Sequence record: MZ291552.2 | Length of the DNA stretch: 64,000 bases | Strand: one strand, 5' to 3' | From: Escherichia phage vB_EcoM-UFV09 | Shown: positions 19,702-29,282 of the stretch, in pieces | Numbering within the stretch: position 1 is the stretch's first letter | Layout: every line of letters begins with the position of its first letter | The notes under the pieces: generated by a model | What the model was told of the DNA's origin: nothing | Databases searched by the model: none | What the model saw: only the letters and a program-made list of their open reading frames with translations | Made by a program: the position numbers and the translations under genes

Positions 19702-20668
19702 TTATTTCAGAAGAGTAACCTCAGCGATTTCTTCCCAACCGTTTTTGTCGGTCATAATAAAGTCAGCAAGATAAAGAGCAGTACGCAGTGAAACATTGCG
19801 TAAACGATTAACATTGACTTTCATCCATGATAATGCTTTATAAGTTTCTTCATCAGAAAGACCGCGCTTTTGCATCATGTCAGTTGAAAGAATAACATCT
19901 TCAACCCTGACCATAATTTCTTCATTAGTGTGAACACCCAAATCCAAATAAACTGAGCGGGACACTAATGCTTGTAAATGTGGAGCAAGTTTAGTACCAC
20001 GGTCTAATTCGCGGTCAATGTCAACGTTTGTGATAAAAACAATCGTTCCTTTAAATTCAAACTCACGCTCAATGCCTTTTTCTTCTAAGTAAGAAGATGC
20101 AGTGCTCCAGCAGACTTTACGGGTCTCTCCAGTGTCCAGAGCAGCTTTCAGAAGATTAAGAATGTCCATATCAGAGAAAACATCCACATCATCAATCAAA
20201 AGGACAGAATTCTCTTCACGATTATTCCAAAGCTGCTCATAAAGACCAATACCAGAGATTTTACCATTAATGCTTTTATATTCAATGTATCCAATATCAT
20301 TTGCTTTATTTAAAGCTTTATCTAAAGAATACGTTTTACCAATACCCGCCGCACCAGAGATAATTAATGAACGAATGTTTCCGTTAATAATACCATTCGT
20401 CATCATTCCCATAACATTAAATCTTTTATTAATGCGGGTTTTCATATCTTCATATGATTCTTTAACTTCTTCAACTTTTACACCATCATATGAAATGTCT
20501 GATTTGTAAACCCAAACACCGCGACGTTTACCGTCAATTTCAACAAAAACTTTACCATCTCCTTGTGCATCTACTGGGGCATTATCAGGGAACCACTCAC
20601 CTAAGAGTTCAAAAGTTCCAGAGATTTCTTTGCCAAAGTAGATACCCTTATTGATAGTTACAGTTTTC
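19702..20668 (-). CDS. AAA-type P-loop ATPase, about 322 aa
   Basis: Walker A GAAGIGKT, Walker B VLLIDDVD; start trimmed to MKTVTINKG (ORF-track N-terminus reads through the promoter). Confidence 0.6.
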
Positions 20669-20704
20669 ATTTTATTCTCCAAATCCGTATCAGTTGATAG
20701 TTGT

Positions 20705-20734
20705 ATAGTACCATAAAGCTTTATGCTTGTAAAC
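20705..20734 (-). promoter_or_regulatory. Early promoter, copy 2 of the near-identical cassette
   Basis: Minus-strand reading gtttacaagcataaagctttatggtactatacaactatcaac. Confidence 0.55.
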
Positions 20735-20764
20735 TGTTTTGTGAAAAAATTTTTGAAATAAAAA

Positions 20765-20782
20765 AGGGAGCCCGAAGGCTCC
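20765..20782 (-). terminator. Stem-loop GGGAGCC-cgaa-GGCTCCC downstream of the nucleotidyltransferase gene
   Basis: Perfect 7-bp inverted repeat. Confidence 0.5.
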
Positions 20783-20785
20783 CTA

Positions 20786-21799
20786 TCATTTATAATAACT
20801 TCGGTGGTTTTCAAGATAGACCTTCTCAAGGAAGTCATCCCAGAAACCCATGTCTACTTTTTGCTGCATACCGTTCTTAGAAGCTTCAGTAGATGCTGCT
20901 TCTACTTGATCGACCACATCTTCCAAAAACTCTTGAACTGTTTTAAATGGATGTTTACCCAACTTCACGTCGAGAATAAATGGAGCGTCTTGAAGTGGAT
21001 AAACTAAGTCACCAGTTTTGTAAATTTCCAATAGTTGAAGTCCACCACGACAGGCATGGCTCAGAGCTTTCCAGTCAATACCTTCATTGGCTTCGGCCTT
21101 ACGAGCACGTTCACCATATTCAGCATCTAATTTGTTCAGTGACTGCTTAAGCTCAATAAGAGAAAGCGTTGTCTGATATTTACGACCCAACACAGTGTAG
21201 AACGTTTGTGGGCCTGTTTTCTCATGATTATGGAACACCCATTCACAGAATTCGTTTTCTGGAAGACGATGCTTAATATCTTCAATTTTAGTGCGACGTT
21301 GTCCTTGTGTTCCATCTTCTCGGTAGACATTCCGTTGATCAGGAATTTGATTAACTACTTTCAACACATCACGTAATGCAGCCAAACGAGAACCCTTGAC
21401 ACCGTATTTAGAAGCTTGCTTGCGAACATATCCTAAATAGGATTTCATGTTAGTCGTATAAAAACGAGAACGATTGTCTTGAATAAACTTCCACACATCA
21501 GGCAAATCAGATTTAACCACTAGTTCAGGTGGAGTGTGAAGCATATCCAATGCTACAGTTTCACCATCTGCTGCTAATTTAAAGAAATACTTAAGACTAT
21601 ACAATTCGTGGTCAATATCATCTTTAGTGTTTTTAGATGATGTGTTGTTAGTGTTTTTACTCATGTGCTCTTTGACATTTCCAATAAGAATATCGCGAGC
21701 AGGAGGAACAAAGATTTCTTTAAAATCTACATCAGATTCTGGAGTAGAAGTTCCATAAAGATGACTACCAAAATAGCTTTTCATTACTGTTTTCATCAT
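20786..21799 (-). CDS. Predicted nucleotidyltransferase (pol-beta-type GS...DxD motif), 337 aa
   Basis: Motif GSHLYGTSTPESDVDF near the N-terminus. Confidence 0.55.
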   Translation of the reverse strand: MMKTVMKSYFGSHLYGTSTPESDVDFKEIFVPPARDILIGNVKEHMSKNTNNTSSKNTKDDIDHELYSLKYFFKLAADGETVALDMLHTPPELVVKSDLPDVWKFIQDNRSRFYTTNMKSYLGYVRKQASKYGVKGSRLAALRDVLKVVNQIPDQRNVYREDGTQGQRRTKIEDIKHRLPENEFCEWVFHNHEKTGPQTFYTVLGRKYQTTLSLIELKQSLNKLDAEYGERARKAEANEGIDWKALSHACRGGLQLLEIYKTGDLVYPLQDAPFILDVKLGKHPFKTVQEFLEDVVDQVEAASTEASKNGMQQKVDMGFWDDFLEKVYLENHRSYYK

Positions 21800-22257
21800 T
21801 CAGCCTTATATTCAATAACAGGACATACTTTAGCTTTACGGGCTTTTAAAAATTCGACGATAATAGATTTCTTGGGTTGAATAGGAGGTAAACCTTTATA
21901 CGCCCTATCAATATTTTCTACATGTAAAGCATAATCCTTTTTCCATTTATAATCTTTATATTTTTCATGCAGTTGTGCAGGAATAACAAATGAACCAATA
22001 ATAAGTAAAACAAGCAAAATGGCAAGTATAAATGCCGATGGAATAAGAGTCCATAAACTACCAAAAATAAGCCATTTCTGTATGATTTCTGCGCAGATAA
22101 TAGTTAGACCTGCGAGTATAGTACATCCGAAAAAAGAAACGAAAAATGTAGGGATAACAATAGACCAAAAGTATGCACACAGTGTCTTAGGTCGTTTCCA
22201 TTCGTCGTTAAACAGTTTGAATAATTTATAGTGCCAAGAGTTTTCATTAATAATCAT
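21796..22257 (-). CDS. Integral membrane protein, 153 aa (multiple hydrophobic helices)
   Basis: Hydrophobic segments; sits where T4 has mobD, but no HNH motif is seen. Confidence 0.5.
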   Translation of the reverse strand: MIINENSWHYKLFKLFNDEWKRPKTLCAYFWSIVIPTFFVSFFGCTILAGLTIICAEIIQKWLIFGSLWTLIPSAFILAILLVLLIIGSFVIPAQLHEKYKDYKWKKDYALHVENIDRAYKGLPPIQPKKSIIVEFLKARKAKVCPVIEYKAE

Positions 22258-22259
22258 AA

Positions 22260-22781
22260 TTATCCTTTCATTGAAGGTGTAACAGTTGTTAAATACTTAA
22301 TCATAGCTTCAGCTTCTGATTTTGATAATGAAATTTCTCCATTGTTTTGACGAATAGAAATAAAATCCGGATGACGGTCACCACCAGCTTTTAAAACACA
22401 CATATAAGTATCAGTTTCATCTTCAATATCTGAAATGATTGAAGCAGTTCCGCATGAATGTGGTTTTTGATAAATCAATACAGCTTTTCTTCCACCATTT
22501 GACTGTTCATAGGCTTTTAATACATCAAACAAATCAGTTCTTTTATCAATAGCTAAAATGTTATTTTCATCTTCAATGTTAAATCCTTCGGATACTTCAT
22601 AAAGTGTTACCCATAAATCACCGATGTCAATAACAGCATTTCCTTTTCCACGACTTTCAAGAATATGACAAATTTTCTTTATTTCGTCATAACTCATTTT
22701 AATAATATCATCTCCTTGAATAAGGAAGATGTCATTTTTAAATTTAACGCGAATTAAACCGCTTTCACTAGAAATAAACAT
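22260..22781 (-). CDS. Hypothetical protein, 173 aa (paralog of the next ORF)
   Basis: Similar C-terminus (EAEAMIKYLTTVTPSM versus DEAIALKTYLDSVIPTM). Confidence 0.5.
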   Translation of the reverse strand: MFISSESGLIRVKFKNDIFLIQGDDIIKMSYDEIKKICHILESRGKGNAVIDIGDLWVTLYEVSEGFNIEDENNILAIDKRTDLFDVLKAYEQSNGGRKAVLIYQKPHSCGTASIISDIEDETDTYMCVLKAGGDRHPDFISIRQNNGEISLSKSEAEAMIKYLTTVTPSMKG

Positions 22782-22787
22782 ATTTCC

Positions 22788-23345
22788 TCACTTTGAAATC
22801 ATAGTTGGAATAACAGAATCAAGATAAGTTTTTAGTGCAATAGCTTCGTCTTTGTTTAATGTAATGATATGTGATCGAAAATCGTCAATTTGACGAATAG
22901 ATACTACATCTCCCTCTTCATAGCATTTTGAAACATTTAAAATAGTTTCATCATTCTGATTACAGGAGTTAGTAATAATAGCATTACATTTTTTAAACCA
23001 TTTTAAATTATGTTTTCTTTTAGTAGAATCATAAAAATATTTAATGTTAGTTATAAAATTATCCCAATTATTAATTGATAAGCACATTGACTCGCTTTTA
23101 ATATTAAATCCTGGGCATGAAGAATAAAAATGAATTTTATGCTCATCATTAATGCTTACAATTTTATCAGTGTAAGCATATTCAATTTGGGTTAAACGAA
23201 CAATTTCACTAGGCGTAAAATATAACATGTCGTCTTCTTGCGTCAAACGATACATGTTATTTACTTTTTCGATCGCTAATTCACCAAAAAGCACACTATC
23301 TTCTAATACTAATCGTTTCATATTGATTCTCTTCGACTCACTCAC
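22788..23345 (-). CDS. Hypothetical protein, 185 aa (paralog of the previous ORF)
   Basis: ORF. Confidence 0.5.
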   Translation of the reverse strand: MSESKRINMKRLVLEDSVLFGELAIEKVNNMYRLTQEDDMLYFTPSEIVRLTQIEYAYTDKIVSINDEHKIHFYSSCPGFNIKSESMCLSINNWDNFITNIKYFYDSTKRKHNLKWFKKCNAIITNSCNQNDETILNVSKCYEEGDVVSIRQIDDFRSHIITLNKDEAIALKTYLDSVIPTMISK

Positions 23346-23480
23346 AATTACATACTCCTCTGAATCATATCAATAATGTTGTTCACCAGATTATAAGTAA
23401 ACATTGGGTAATTATATTGAATCATCACATACACAACAAACAAAACTTTCATTCTCTTCTCCTTGGCAGTTGACAAGATT

Positions 23481-23510
23481 ACTATACCATAACCTTGCCA
23501 ACTTGTAAAC
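23481..23510 (-). promoter_or_regulatory. Early promoter: GTTTAC -35, TGG-TATAGT -10
   Basis: Minus-strand reading gtttacaagttggcaaggttatggtatagt. Confidence 0.5.
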
Positions 23511-23512
23511 CA

Positions 23513-23686
23513 TTAAATGACGTTTTCAATAAAATTCTGAAGCTTTGTGTGAGCATCAACCATGATTTTCATTTCTTCTTTGGCGAAAGCTGTACCTCTT
23601 TCCCGAGAAGAACACTCATAGTCAGAAACTGCATTAGCATATTCTTCAATTAGTTTCATTAAAAACATCTGCTTTTCAGTTTTCAT
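23513..23686 (-). CDS. Small ORF, 57 aa (MKTEKQMFLMKLIEEYANAV...), not in the ORF track
   Basis: GGTGGA Shine-Dalgarno; start overlaps the upstream stop. Confidence 0.4.
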   Translation of the reverse strand: MKTEKQMFLMKLIEEYANAVSDYECSSRERGTAFAKEEMKIMVDAHTKLQNFIENVI

Positions 23687-23870
23687 TATTCCACCTAATC
23701 ATTTCAAGATATTGAACTAACTTAGCTTTAGATTTATCCAAATCCTTTTTAGCTGCTTCTATACCGTCGTATGAATATCCTTCACAATGCTCAACTGCTA
23801 ATTGATATGAATCTATTTCAACATCACGTGCTAATTTAATGATTTTTTCAAACTGTTCGTGTGTCAGCAT
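23676..23870 (-). CDS. Hypothetical protein, 64 aa
   Basis: ORF. Confidence 0.45.
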   Translation of the reverse strand: MLTHEQFEKIIKLARDVEIDSYQLAVEHCEGYSYDGIEAAKKDLDKSKAKLVQYLEMIRWNNEN

Positions 23871-23872
23871 AC

Positions 23873-24076
23873 TTAAACTCTCGTATTGTGATCGATAATT
23901 TCATCAAGAAACATATCTAAAGCTTCCACAGCATTATCAACTTTAGCTTCAAGTTCATCAATACCTTTATTTGCAATGCCTGACGAAAACCAAGCAAAGT
24001 CGCTAAGTTCCTCATCTGCTTTACGAATTAAAGCTACCAATTCCTTAATTTTATCCGCTTGTTCGATACTAATCAT
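23873..24076 (-). CDS. Hypothetical protein, about 67 aa
   Basis: Start set at the TAATG overlap with the upstream stop. Confidence 0.4.
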   Translation of the reverse strand: MISIEQADKIKELVALIRKADEELSDFAWFSSGIANKGIDELEAKVDNAVEALDMFLDEIIDHNTRV

Positions 24077-24261
24077 TATTCCACCACATATGAAAGAGAG
24101 AATATTGCACATGCCATGTGAGTTGCAACTTCATCACACATATTATAACGTTTCTTAAGAAGTTCTACAAGTTTTTCACTAGTAACTTCATCCATGTTGA
24201 CGAAAAAATCACCATTAATGATGACGTAGATATTTCCTTCTTGATTGAGTGCTTCAATTTT
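24076..24261 (-). CDS. Hypothetical protein, about 61 aa ([15 protein letters not shown]...)
   Basis: GAGGAG Shine-Dalgarno; early promoter upstream. Confidence 0.45.
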   Translation of the reverse strand, partial: KIEALNQEGNIYVIINGDFFVNMDEVTSEKLVELLKKRYNMCDEVATHMACAIFSLSYVVE

Positions 24262-24292
24262 CATGATGTTCTCCTCTTTATCCGATAGTTGT

Positions 24293-24322
24293 ATAGTATA
24301 ACAGCTCAAACGGAAAGTAAAC
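24293..24322 (-). promoter_or_regulatory. Early promoter: GTTTAC -35, TACTAT -10
   Basis: Minus-strand reading gtttactttccgtttgagctgttatactat. Confidence 0.45.
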
Positions 24323-24337
24323 CGGTAAAATGAAAAA

Positions 24338-24355
24338 AGTCTCCCGAAGGAGACT
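24338..24355 (-). terminator. Stem-loop AGTCTCC-cgaa-GGAGACT
   Basis: Perfect 7-bp inverted repeat. Confidence 0.5.
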
Positions 24356-24359
24356 AATG

Positions 24360-24746
24360 TTATTCGAGGGAAAGAAGATACTTACTCTGGTAAAACATCC
24401 CAGTAATATCATCTATCGTGCTTTGGATGGCTGGAGGCATTTCTTTATAAATGCTGTTAGATTGGTCTAGTATGCGATCAATCATTTTAATTGTGTCGGT
24501 AGGAAGTTTACTGGCATCTGGAATTGAAGGCGTGTATTTTCTACCAGAATACCCCAAATATTGCTCACCAAATTTATCAATCAAATCTGGCAACTCGGAA
24601 AAAATAAAATCGTATGCTTTGTGTCTAGCATAACTTTTAGTTTCAAAATGTGCAGAATGAAAATAAGCTTGTGCAGCCATTAATAAACCTAAGTATTCAT
24701 CTGCCTTTGAAGGTTTTCCACTTTGTGAAAAGTCGCTGAATTTCAT
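24360..24746 (-). CDS. Hypothetical protein, 128 aa (position of T4 rI.-1)
   Basis: ORF; synteny. Confidence 0.5.
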   Translation of the reverse strand: MKFSDFSQSGKPSKADEYLGLLMAAQAYFHSAHFETKSYARHKAYDFIFSELPDLIDKFGEQYLGYSGRKYTPSIPDASKLPTDTIKMIDRILDQSNSIYKEMPPAIQSTIDDITGMFYQSKYLLSLE

Positions 24747-25036
24747 TCAGTCTCCAATTTAATGTTCATAATTCTAGCGTATGATTGTGCCATCTCCGCG
24801 CCTCGTTCTATACATTCAAAATCAGAAGAGCACGGGTCATTTTTATAGGTCGTTCTCATAAAACTATAGAATTGTTCAGACGATTCTACGCTTTTATTTT
24901 CAAAAAGTGTATAAACGTGCCTAATACCAGATTCCATAAATTTATCAAAATGAGGATCGACATTCGCTTCAATTGATGGAGATAAAACAAATGACAATCC
25001 TAGCATGGCAAAAAGTGCCGTTGCTTTTAAGGCCAT
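24743..25036 (-). CDS. rI: Lysis-inhibition regulator RI (membrane/periplasmic antiholin partner)
   Basis: 97 aa; MALKATALFAMLGLSFVLSPSIEANVDPHF... matches T4 RI as recalled. Confidence 0.85.
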   Translation of the reverse strand: MALKATALFAMLGLSFVLSPSIEANVDPHFDKFMESGIRHVYTLFENKSVESSEQFYSFMRTTYKNDPCSSDFECIERGAEMAQSYARIMNIKLETE

Positions 25037-25048
25037 AAAGGCCTCCTA

Positions 25049-25261
25049 TCATTTTTGTCCTGTATTTACTTTATGCCGATGCACGGCCTTAACTTTATCA
25101 AGGTATTTTTCAAAATTTCGCAATCTAGTATAGTCTGCCGGAGATTGGTTGAGTGATACTTCTCGACGCAAAGCTGAAATGATATTTCCAACTTCCCTAC
25201 GAATTTCATCTAATTGAAGCACAGTAAGATTGCGAAGTTGCTTTTCAGTTAATTGTAGCAT
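25049..25261 (-). CDS. Hypothetical protein, 70 aa
   Basis: ORF. Confidence 0.5.
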
Positions 25262-25303
25262 ATATACCCCTTTAGTTAGATAAACCTATTTATAACTTTT
25301 GCA

Positions 25304-25885
25304 CTAACCGAGCTTTTTAGTTAATTCATTCCAATGTTTTCTACACAAAGAAACATAAATTTCATCACCAATACAGATTTGATTACCTTCTTTAACTGGT
25401 GTTCCATCTTCCATTAATCGAGCTGTCATAATCGCTTTTTTACCGCAATGACAAACTGCCTTTAGTTCAATAAGTTTATCTGCAATCGCTAAAAGTTCTT
25501 TAGAACCTTCAAACAATTTTCCAGCGAAATCAGTCCTTAATCCATAAGCCATAACAGGAACATTATATGTATCAACAATTCGACTTAATTGATGCACCTG
25601 TTCAGTTTTTAAAAACTGAGCTTCATCTACAAATACGCAATGAATATCTTTTTGTGCTTCAGCCCATTTATAGAACTCGAAAATATCCATATCATCTGTA
25701 ATAATATTCGCTTCCTGTTTAATTCCAATGCGAGAAACAACTTCACAGACAGAATCGCGAGTATCAATAGCAGGCTTAAGAACTAATACACTCATTCCAC
25801 GTTCTTTATAATTATGTGCAGCAGTCAAAAGAGAAGCAGATTTTCCAGCATTCATTGCTGCATAAGTAAAAATTAAACTCGCCAT
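25304..25885 (-). CDS. tk: Thymidine kinase
   Basis: 193 aa; P-loop AAMNAGKSASLL; matches T4 Tk as recalled. Confidence 0.93.
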   Translation of the reverse strand: MASLIFTYAAMNAGKSASLLTAAHNYKERGMSVLVLKPAIDTRDSVCEVVSRIGIKQEANIITDDMDIFEFYKWAEAQKDIHCVFVDEAQFLKTEQVHQLSRIVDTYNVPVMAYGLRTDFAGKLFEGSKELLAIADKLIELKAVCHCGKKAIMTARLMEDGTPVKEGNQICIGDEIYVSLCRKHWNELTKKLG

Positions 25886-25894
25886 ATCACCTTC

Positions 25895-26080
25895 TTAAAG
25901 CGTATTCACATAAGCTATTAATTCATTTTCTTTCTTATCAAACCGATCAGCAAATTCTTCCTGCTGCTCGGGAGATAGCGGGCCGTATTCATCATAAAAG
26001 GTGTTTGCTTCTATATGCTCATCTAGAAGTTCATGGATAAGCTCAAACAATTTATCTTTTTGTTCTTTGCTTAGACTCAT
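25895..26080 (-). CDS. Hypothetical acidic protein, 61 aa
   Basis: ORF. Confidence 0.45.
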   Translation of the reverse strand: MSLSKEQKDKLFELIHELLDEHIEANTFYDEYGPLSPEQQEEFADRFDKKENELIAYVNTL

Positions 26081-26250
26081 ATATTAATTTCCAGGAGTTT
26101 TAAAATAATTCGCTTTTGCTTAAATATTTCCATAGTTAAATGACCAGTATCTTTTTGACCGATTCCAATGGCAAAACCTTTATTAACAGCGAGTTCAATT
26201 AAATTATCAAGCTCACGTAACACTTCGTATTGTAACTCAAAACTATTCAT
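26080..26250 (-). CDS. Small ORF, 57 aa (MNSFELQYEVLRELDNLIELA...), not in the ORF track
   Basis: ATGA overlaps on both ends. Confidence 0.4.
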
Positions 26251-26453
26251 TTTGGTTTACCTTCTTTAACGAAATCAGGATAAGGGTAAAATCCTGAATA
26301 AAATCCTTCACCTTTATGATTGATGCATCCTTTATTAGAACAATAGCACCAATAATCGAAATCACAAGCCATTTCATCGTTGCATAAAGCAAAAACAACC
26401 GGCCACTTACACTTTTCACAGTGGGCATTTTTAAGAATACTAGTTTGGCTCAT
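26247..26453 (-). CDS. Cysteine-rich small protein, about 68 aa (probable Zn-binding)
   Basis: Eight Cys residues in CxxC-like spacing; start at the ATGA overlap. Confidence 0.45.
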   Translation of the reverse strand: MSQTSILKNAHCEKCKWPVVFALCNDEMACDFDYWCYCSNKGCINHKGEGFYSGFYPYPDFVKEGKPK

Positions 26454-26662
26454 AACCATGTAACCTTTAAGCAATATTCTTCTACATGTTGTTTACGACC
26501 TTTCTTATCAATAAAGGTATATTCAACGAATGTTCCAATGTAGTCTTTATCTACATCATGTGGACTATTAATTGGACATTTAGTACGGCAAATGCGTTCC
26601 CATTGACGAATAATTTCCACTTTGTTTTTAGGATCAAACGGATGTGGGTAATGTACTTTCAT
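26450..26662 (-). CDS. Hypothetical protein, 70 aa
   Basis: ORF; start uncertain. Confidence 0.4.
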   Translation of the reverse strand: MKVHYPHPFDPKNKVEIIRQWERICRTKCPINSPHDVDKDYIGTFVEYTFIDKKGRKQHVEEYCLKVTWL

Positions 26663-27113
26663 AATCCACCACTATTAAATCAATATCAGGAGTAAACATG
26701 TCGATTAATTTAGAAACCTTATCCCAATCGCCGCCAGCAATACCACAACCTATGCGTGGAATGTAAATTACTGGTTTAAACAAAAGGGTTTCTGCCTGTA
26801 GATTTAATTCTATCATGCAGTTTACTAAAGCACCATAATCAAGATTAGGACCTGGTTCGTATTGCGTATACAAGTTATAACATATGCCAAAACCATTAGG
26901 TTTATGTTTAAAAACAATAGACATATCGCCTAATTTATCACGAGAACCGTACTCGGTAGTGGTTTTATCTATTTCTAAAATTTTGGGATAGGCTCTTGCT
27001 AATTGACCAGCTACACCACTGCCCATTGTATGAAAACAATTGCACCCGTGCGCAATAATATTACCTTCAAGAAAGAGGGCGACAATATCGCCCTTGATAT
27101 ATTTTACAATCAT
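26634..27113 (-). CDS. Macro-domain protein (ADP-ribose binding/processing), 159 aa
   Basis: GDIV...NIIAHGCNC...GSGVAG macro-domain-like motifs. Confidence 0.6.
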   Translation of the reverse strand: MIVKYIKGDIVALFLEGNIIAHGCNCFHTMGSGVAGQLARAYPKILEIDKTTTEYGSRDKLGDMSIVFKHKPNGFGICYNLYTQYEPGPNLDYGALVNCMIELNLQAETLLFKPVIYIPRIGCGIAGGDWDKVSKLIDMFTPDIDLIVVDYESTLPTSV

Positions 27114-27457
27114 CTAGTACTCAATCCTCGATTATAAGAATCTACCAAACGGTCAACCATTGAATGACAAGCGGCTTTATCTTTCTCCTCCGCAACTGAA
27201 CATTCTAAGGTATTCCACTTTTTAGCATATCGTTTTAATAATGTATCGTTTTTGTATCTGCTTGATTTATCTCTTTCTCCGTCTTTATATGCATATATTA
27301 ATTTCTGCGCAAATTCAGCTTGGCATGCTTTATTTTTCCCACAATAATCTGCCGCAGTGCGGTTCACATACTCCCTAATTTCAGTATATGATGTATCTGC
27401 TGACGCATAAGCAGAAAATGAAATTAATCCTATACATAAAACCAAAATTTTAGTCAT
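27110..27457 (-). CDS. Secreted small protein with signal peptide, 115 aa (position and size of T4 vs)
   Basis: N-terminal hydrophobic signal peptide; synteny. Confidence 0.5.
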   Translation of the reverse strand: MTKILVLCIGLISFSAYASADTSYTEIREYVNRTAADYCGKNKACQAEFAQKLIYAYKDGERDKSSRYKNDTLLKRYAKKWNTLECSVAEEKDKAACHSMVDRLVDSYNRGLSTR

Positions 27458-27995
27458 TTACTATTTCCAAAAGTTTATTATTTTTAAGGTAGTTAGCCTT
27501 TTCTAGGACTTCAGAAGCATATTTAGAACCTGCTTTAACATTCCATCCCGAATTATAAGAGGATATTGCTTTTCTTATATCGCCCTTATGTATATTTAAC
27601 CAATAAGAAAGTTCAATGTACGCCCAGGAAGCTGAATTGGATCGTTTATTCAACATTCTTTTTATTTCAGCATCGGTCATATTATAACCAAGTTCCTTAA
27701 CTCTTGCTCGCATAGTAGGCAAATAATTTTGGAACATTCCATAAGCGTGATGCTTTGGTTTAGATTTTAAATTAACTCCGCCAGAGCTTTCTTGCCATAA
27801 AATAGCAGCCATTATATGACCTAATCCGCTCTTGTGGATATTTTTATGTGTTTTATATTTTCCATCCTTAGAAAACTGTTCCCCGAATTGATACGCGTAA
27901 CGCATGTTATCGAGTTGGACATTACTGAAAGTATGCTCGGAGCTATGTGCCATCATTGAAATGGCCAATAGACCAGCGAGTAGTGCTTTTCTCAT
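27450..27995 (-). CDS. Secreted lytic-transglycosylase-like protein (SLT domain), 181 aa
   Basis: Signal peptide; motifs WQESSGG, AYGMFQ, SSYNSG. Confidence 0.6.
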   Translation of the reverse strand: MRKALLAGLLAISMMAHSSEHTFSNVQLDNMRYAYQFGEQFSKDGKYKTHKNIHKSGLGHIMAAILWQESSGGVNLKSKPKHHAYGMFQNYLPTMRARVKELGYNMTDAEIKRMLNKRSNSASWAYIELSYWLNIHKGDIRKAISSYNSGWNVKAGSKYASEVLEKANYLKNNKLLEIVND

Positions 27996-28002
27996 GCTTA
28001 CC

Positions 28003-28464
28003 TCATTGAGTTTTAATTACTGCTTTAGAAGCCTTTCCTGGTAAACGACGACTGTTAATAATTGCCATCCTGCATTGAAGCGACGGGTCTTTGAACTTCG
28101 CATTAGGTTTACAAACTGTAAATCCAAGCCAAAGATTTCCATCTGTGATTTCTAAACGTCCAGGACGATATTCAACCCCATCAATAAAATCCTCGTCAAT
28201 GTCAGGACGCGGAGGCATACTCAGGAATTCATTAACTTCTAAAACATGGTCTTTTATTTTATGGAATAATTCAAAAACGTATGTCTCATCAATCTCCCGT
28301 TGAATTGCGCGATCAAGAAGATGTTGAGAATATTTTAGATGAAACGATGAGACCCCTGCTGCTTTTGATGCCTCACGAATCTCATTGTTAATTTGACGAA
28401 ACTCCGACTCAAAGTGACGACGAAGCTTATTTCGACGGATAAAAACTTCTGTGTTGATAGTCAT
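28003..28464 (-). CDS. regB: RegB sequence-specific endoribonuclease
   Basis: 153 aa; matches T4 RegB as recalled. Confidence 0.88.
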   Translation of the reverse strand: MTINTEVFIRRNKLRRHFESEFRQINNEIREASKAAGVSSFHLKYSQHLLDRAIQREIDETYVFELFHKIKDHVLEVNEFLSMPPRPDIDEDFIDGVEYRPGRLEITDGNLWLGFTVCKPNAKFKDPSLQCRMAIINSRRLPGKASKAVIKTQ

Positions 28465-28491
28465 GTTATTCTCCTCTTAACTGATAGAAAA

Positions 28492-28521
28492 ATTATACCA
28501 CAGTCAAGAGGAAAAGTAAAC
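28492..28521 (-). promoter_or_regulatory. Early promoter upstream of regB: GTTTAC -35, TGG-TATAAT -10
   Basis: Minus-strand reading gtttacttttcctcttgactgtggtataat; -10 sits inside a 10/11-bp inverted repeat. Confidence 0.55.
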
Positions 28522-28523
28522 AG

Positions 28524-28802
28524 TTATTCTTTAAATCTAATCAATTTATTCATAGACTTTGAAACTTCTGTACGAACCTCATGTAGATTTTTGAGTTGTT
28601 CAAGACGCTGCGTATAGTAAGCAATTTCATCTTCTTCGAGACAGTCCTGTGAATCTTCTTTAAGATAGCGTGCATAGTCCTGGAAAGCGTTACGGATTAC
28701 TTCCTGGAAATCATCAAGACTTTGAATTTTCTTAGGAGCAGCAGATACACGACGAGGGGCAGTATAATACTCATAACCAAACCCTGCGCTTAATTGAGCC
28801 AT
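28524..28802 (-). CDS. Hypothetical protein, about 92 aa
   Basis: Start set at the TAATG overlap. Confidence 0.45.
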   Translation of the reverse strand: MAQLSAGFGYEYYTAPRRVSAAPKKIQSLDDFQEVIRNAFQDYARYLKEDSQDCLEEDEIAYYTQRLEQLKNLHEVRTEVSKSMNKLIRFKE

Positions 28803-29104
28803 TAGTATTTTTCCTCTGGTTGGAACACAGCACGACAAGCCCACATACTGGCTTCTTTGAGTTTCGTTTTAGCAATAGTTAACTGATCGAGGCTTTCGGC
28901 GTAATTCTTCGCGAGTTCATCATCTTCACAGCTATCAAATGCTTCCCAAAATTCATCGTATAAAGCATCAAAGATAAGTCCTAAACGAACTTCAGCGTCT
29001 TTAATAGCATTTACTTTACCGATTTTTTCGTCGGTATGTGGCTTATAACCTTTAATATCTTCAATCATATTTGACTTCCTCACCAGTACATAAATCGTAT
29101 TCAA
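28802..29104 (-). CDS. Small acidic helical protein, 88-100 aa (position of T4 vs.4, the anti-CBASS nucleotide sponge Acb2; identity by synteny and size only)
   Basis: ORF; alternative start at 29067. Confidence 0.45.
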   Translation of the reverse strand: MNTIYVLVRKSNMIEDIKGYKPHTDEKIGKVNAIKDAEVRLGLIFDALYDEFWEAFDSCEDDELAKNYAESLDQLTIAKTKLKEASMWACRAVFQPEEKY

Positions 29105-29282
29105 CTAAACGAATAGGTTCATGAATGCCATATCCCTGAACAGAAATTTCTGTCGTAGGATAAATTCCATCAATATCACCCATATTCCAGGCTTCGTTAA
29201 ATTGCTGTTCGCCTGAATTACTAAACCACTCGGCGAAAGCATTTAGCACATCTTTAGAACCTTCAATAATTATCTTTGCCAT
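29061..29282 (-). CDS. Hypothetical acidic protein, 73 aa
   Basis: ORF. Confidence 0.45.
   Translation of the reverse strand: MAKIIIEGSKDVLNAFAEWFSNSGEQQFNEAWNMGDIDGIYPTTEISVQGYGIHEPIRLVEYDLCTGEEVKYD

Noticed and set aside
18710-20838. ORF-track N-termini MFTRLFLCGTIQLSTTEEQK... and ...LYGTIQLSTDTDLENK...
   Set aside because: These shared peptide segments are translations of the repeated early-promoter cassette; genuine starts lie downstream at ATGs with Shine-Dalgarno sequences (19237 and 20668).
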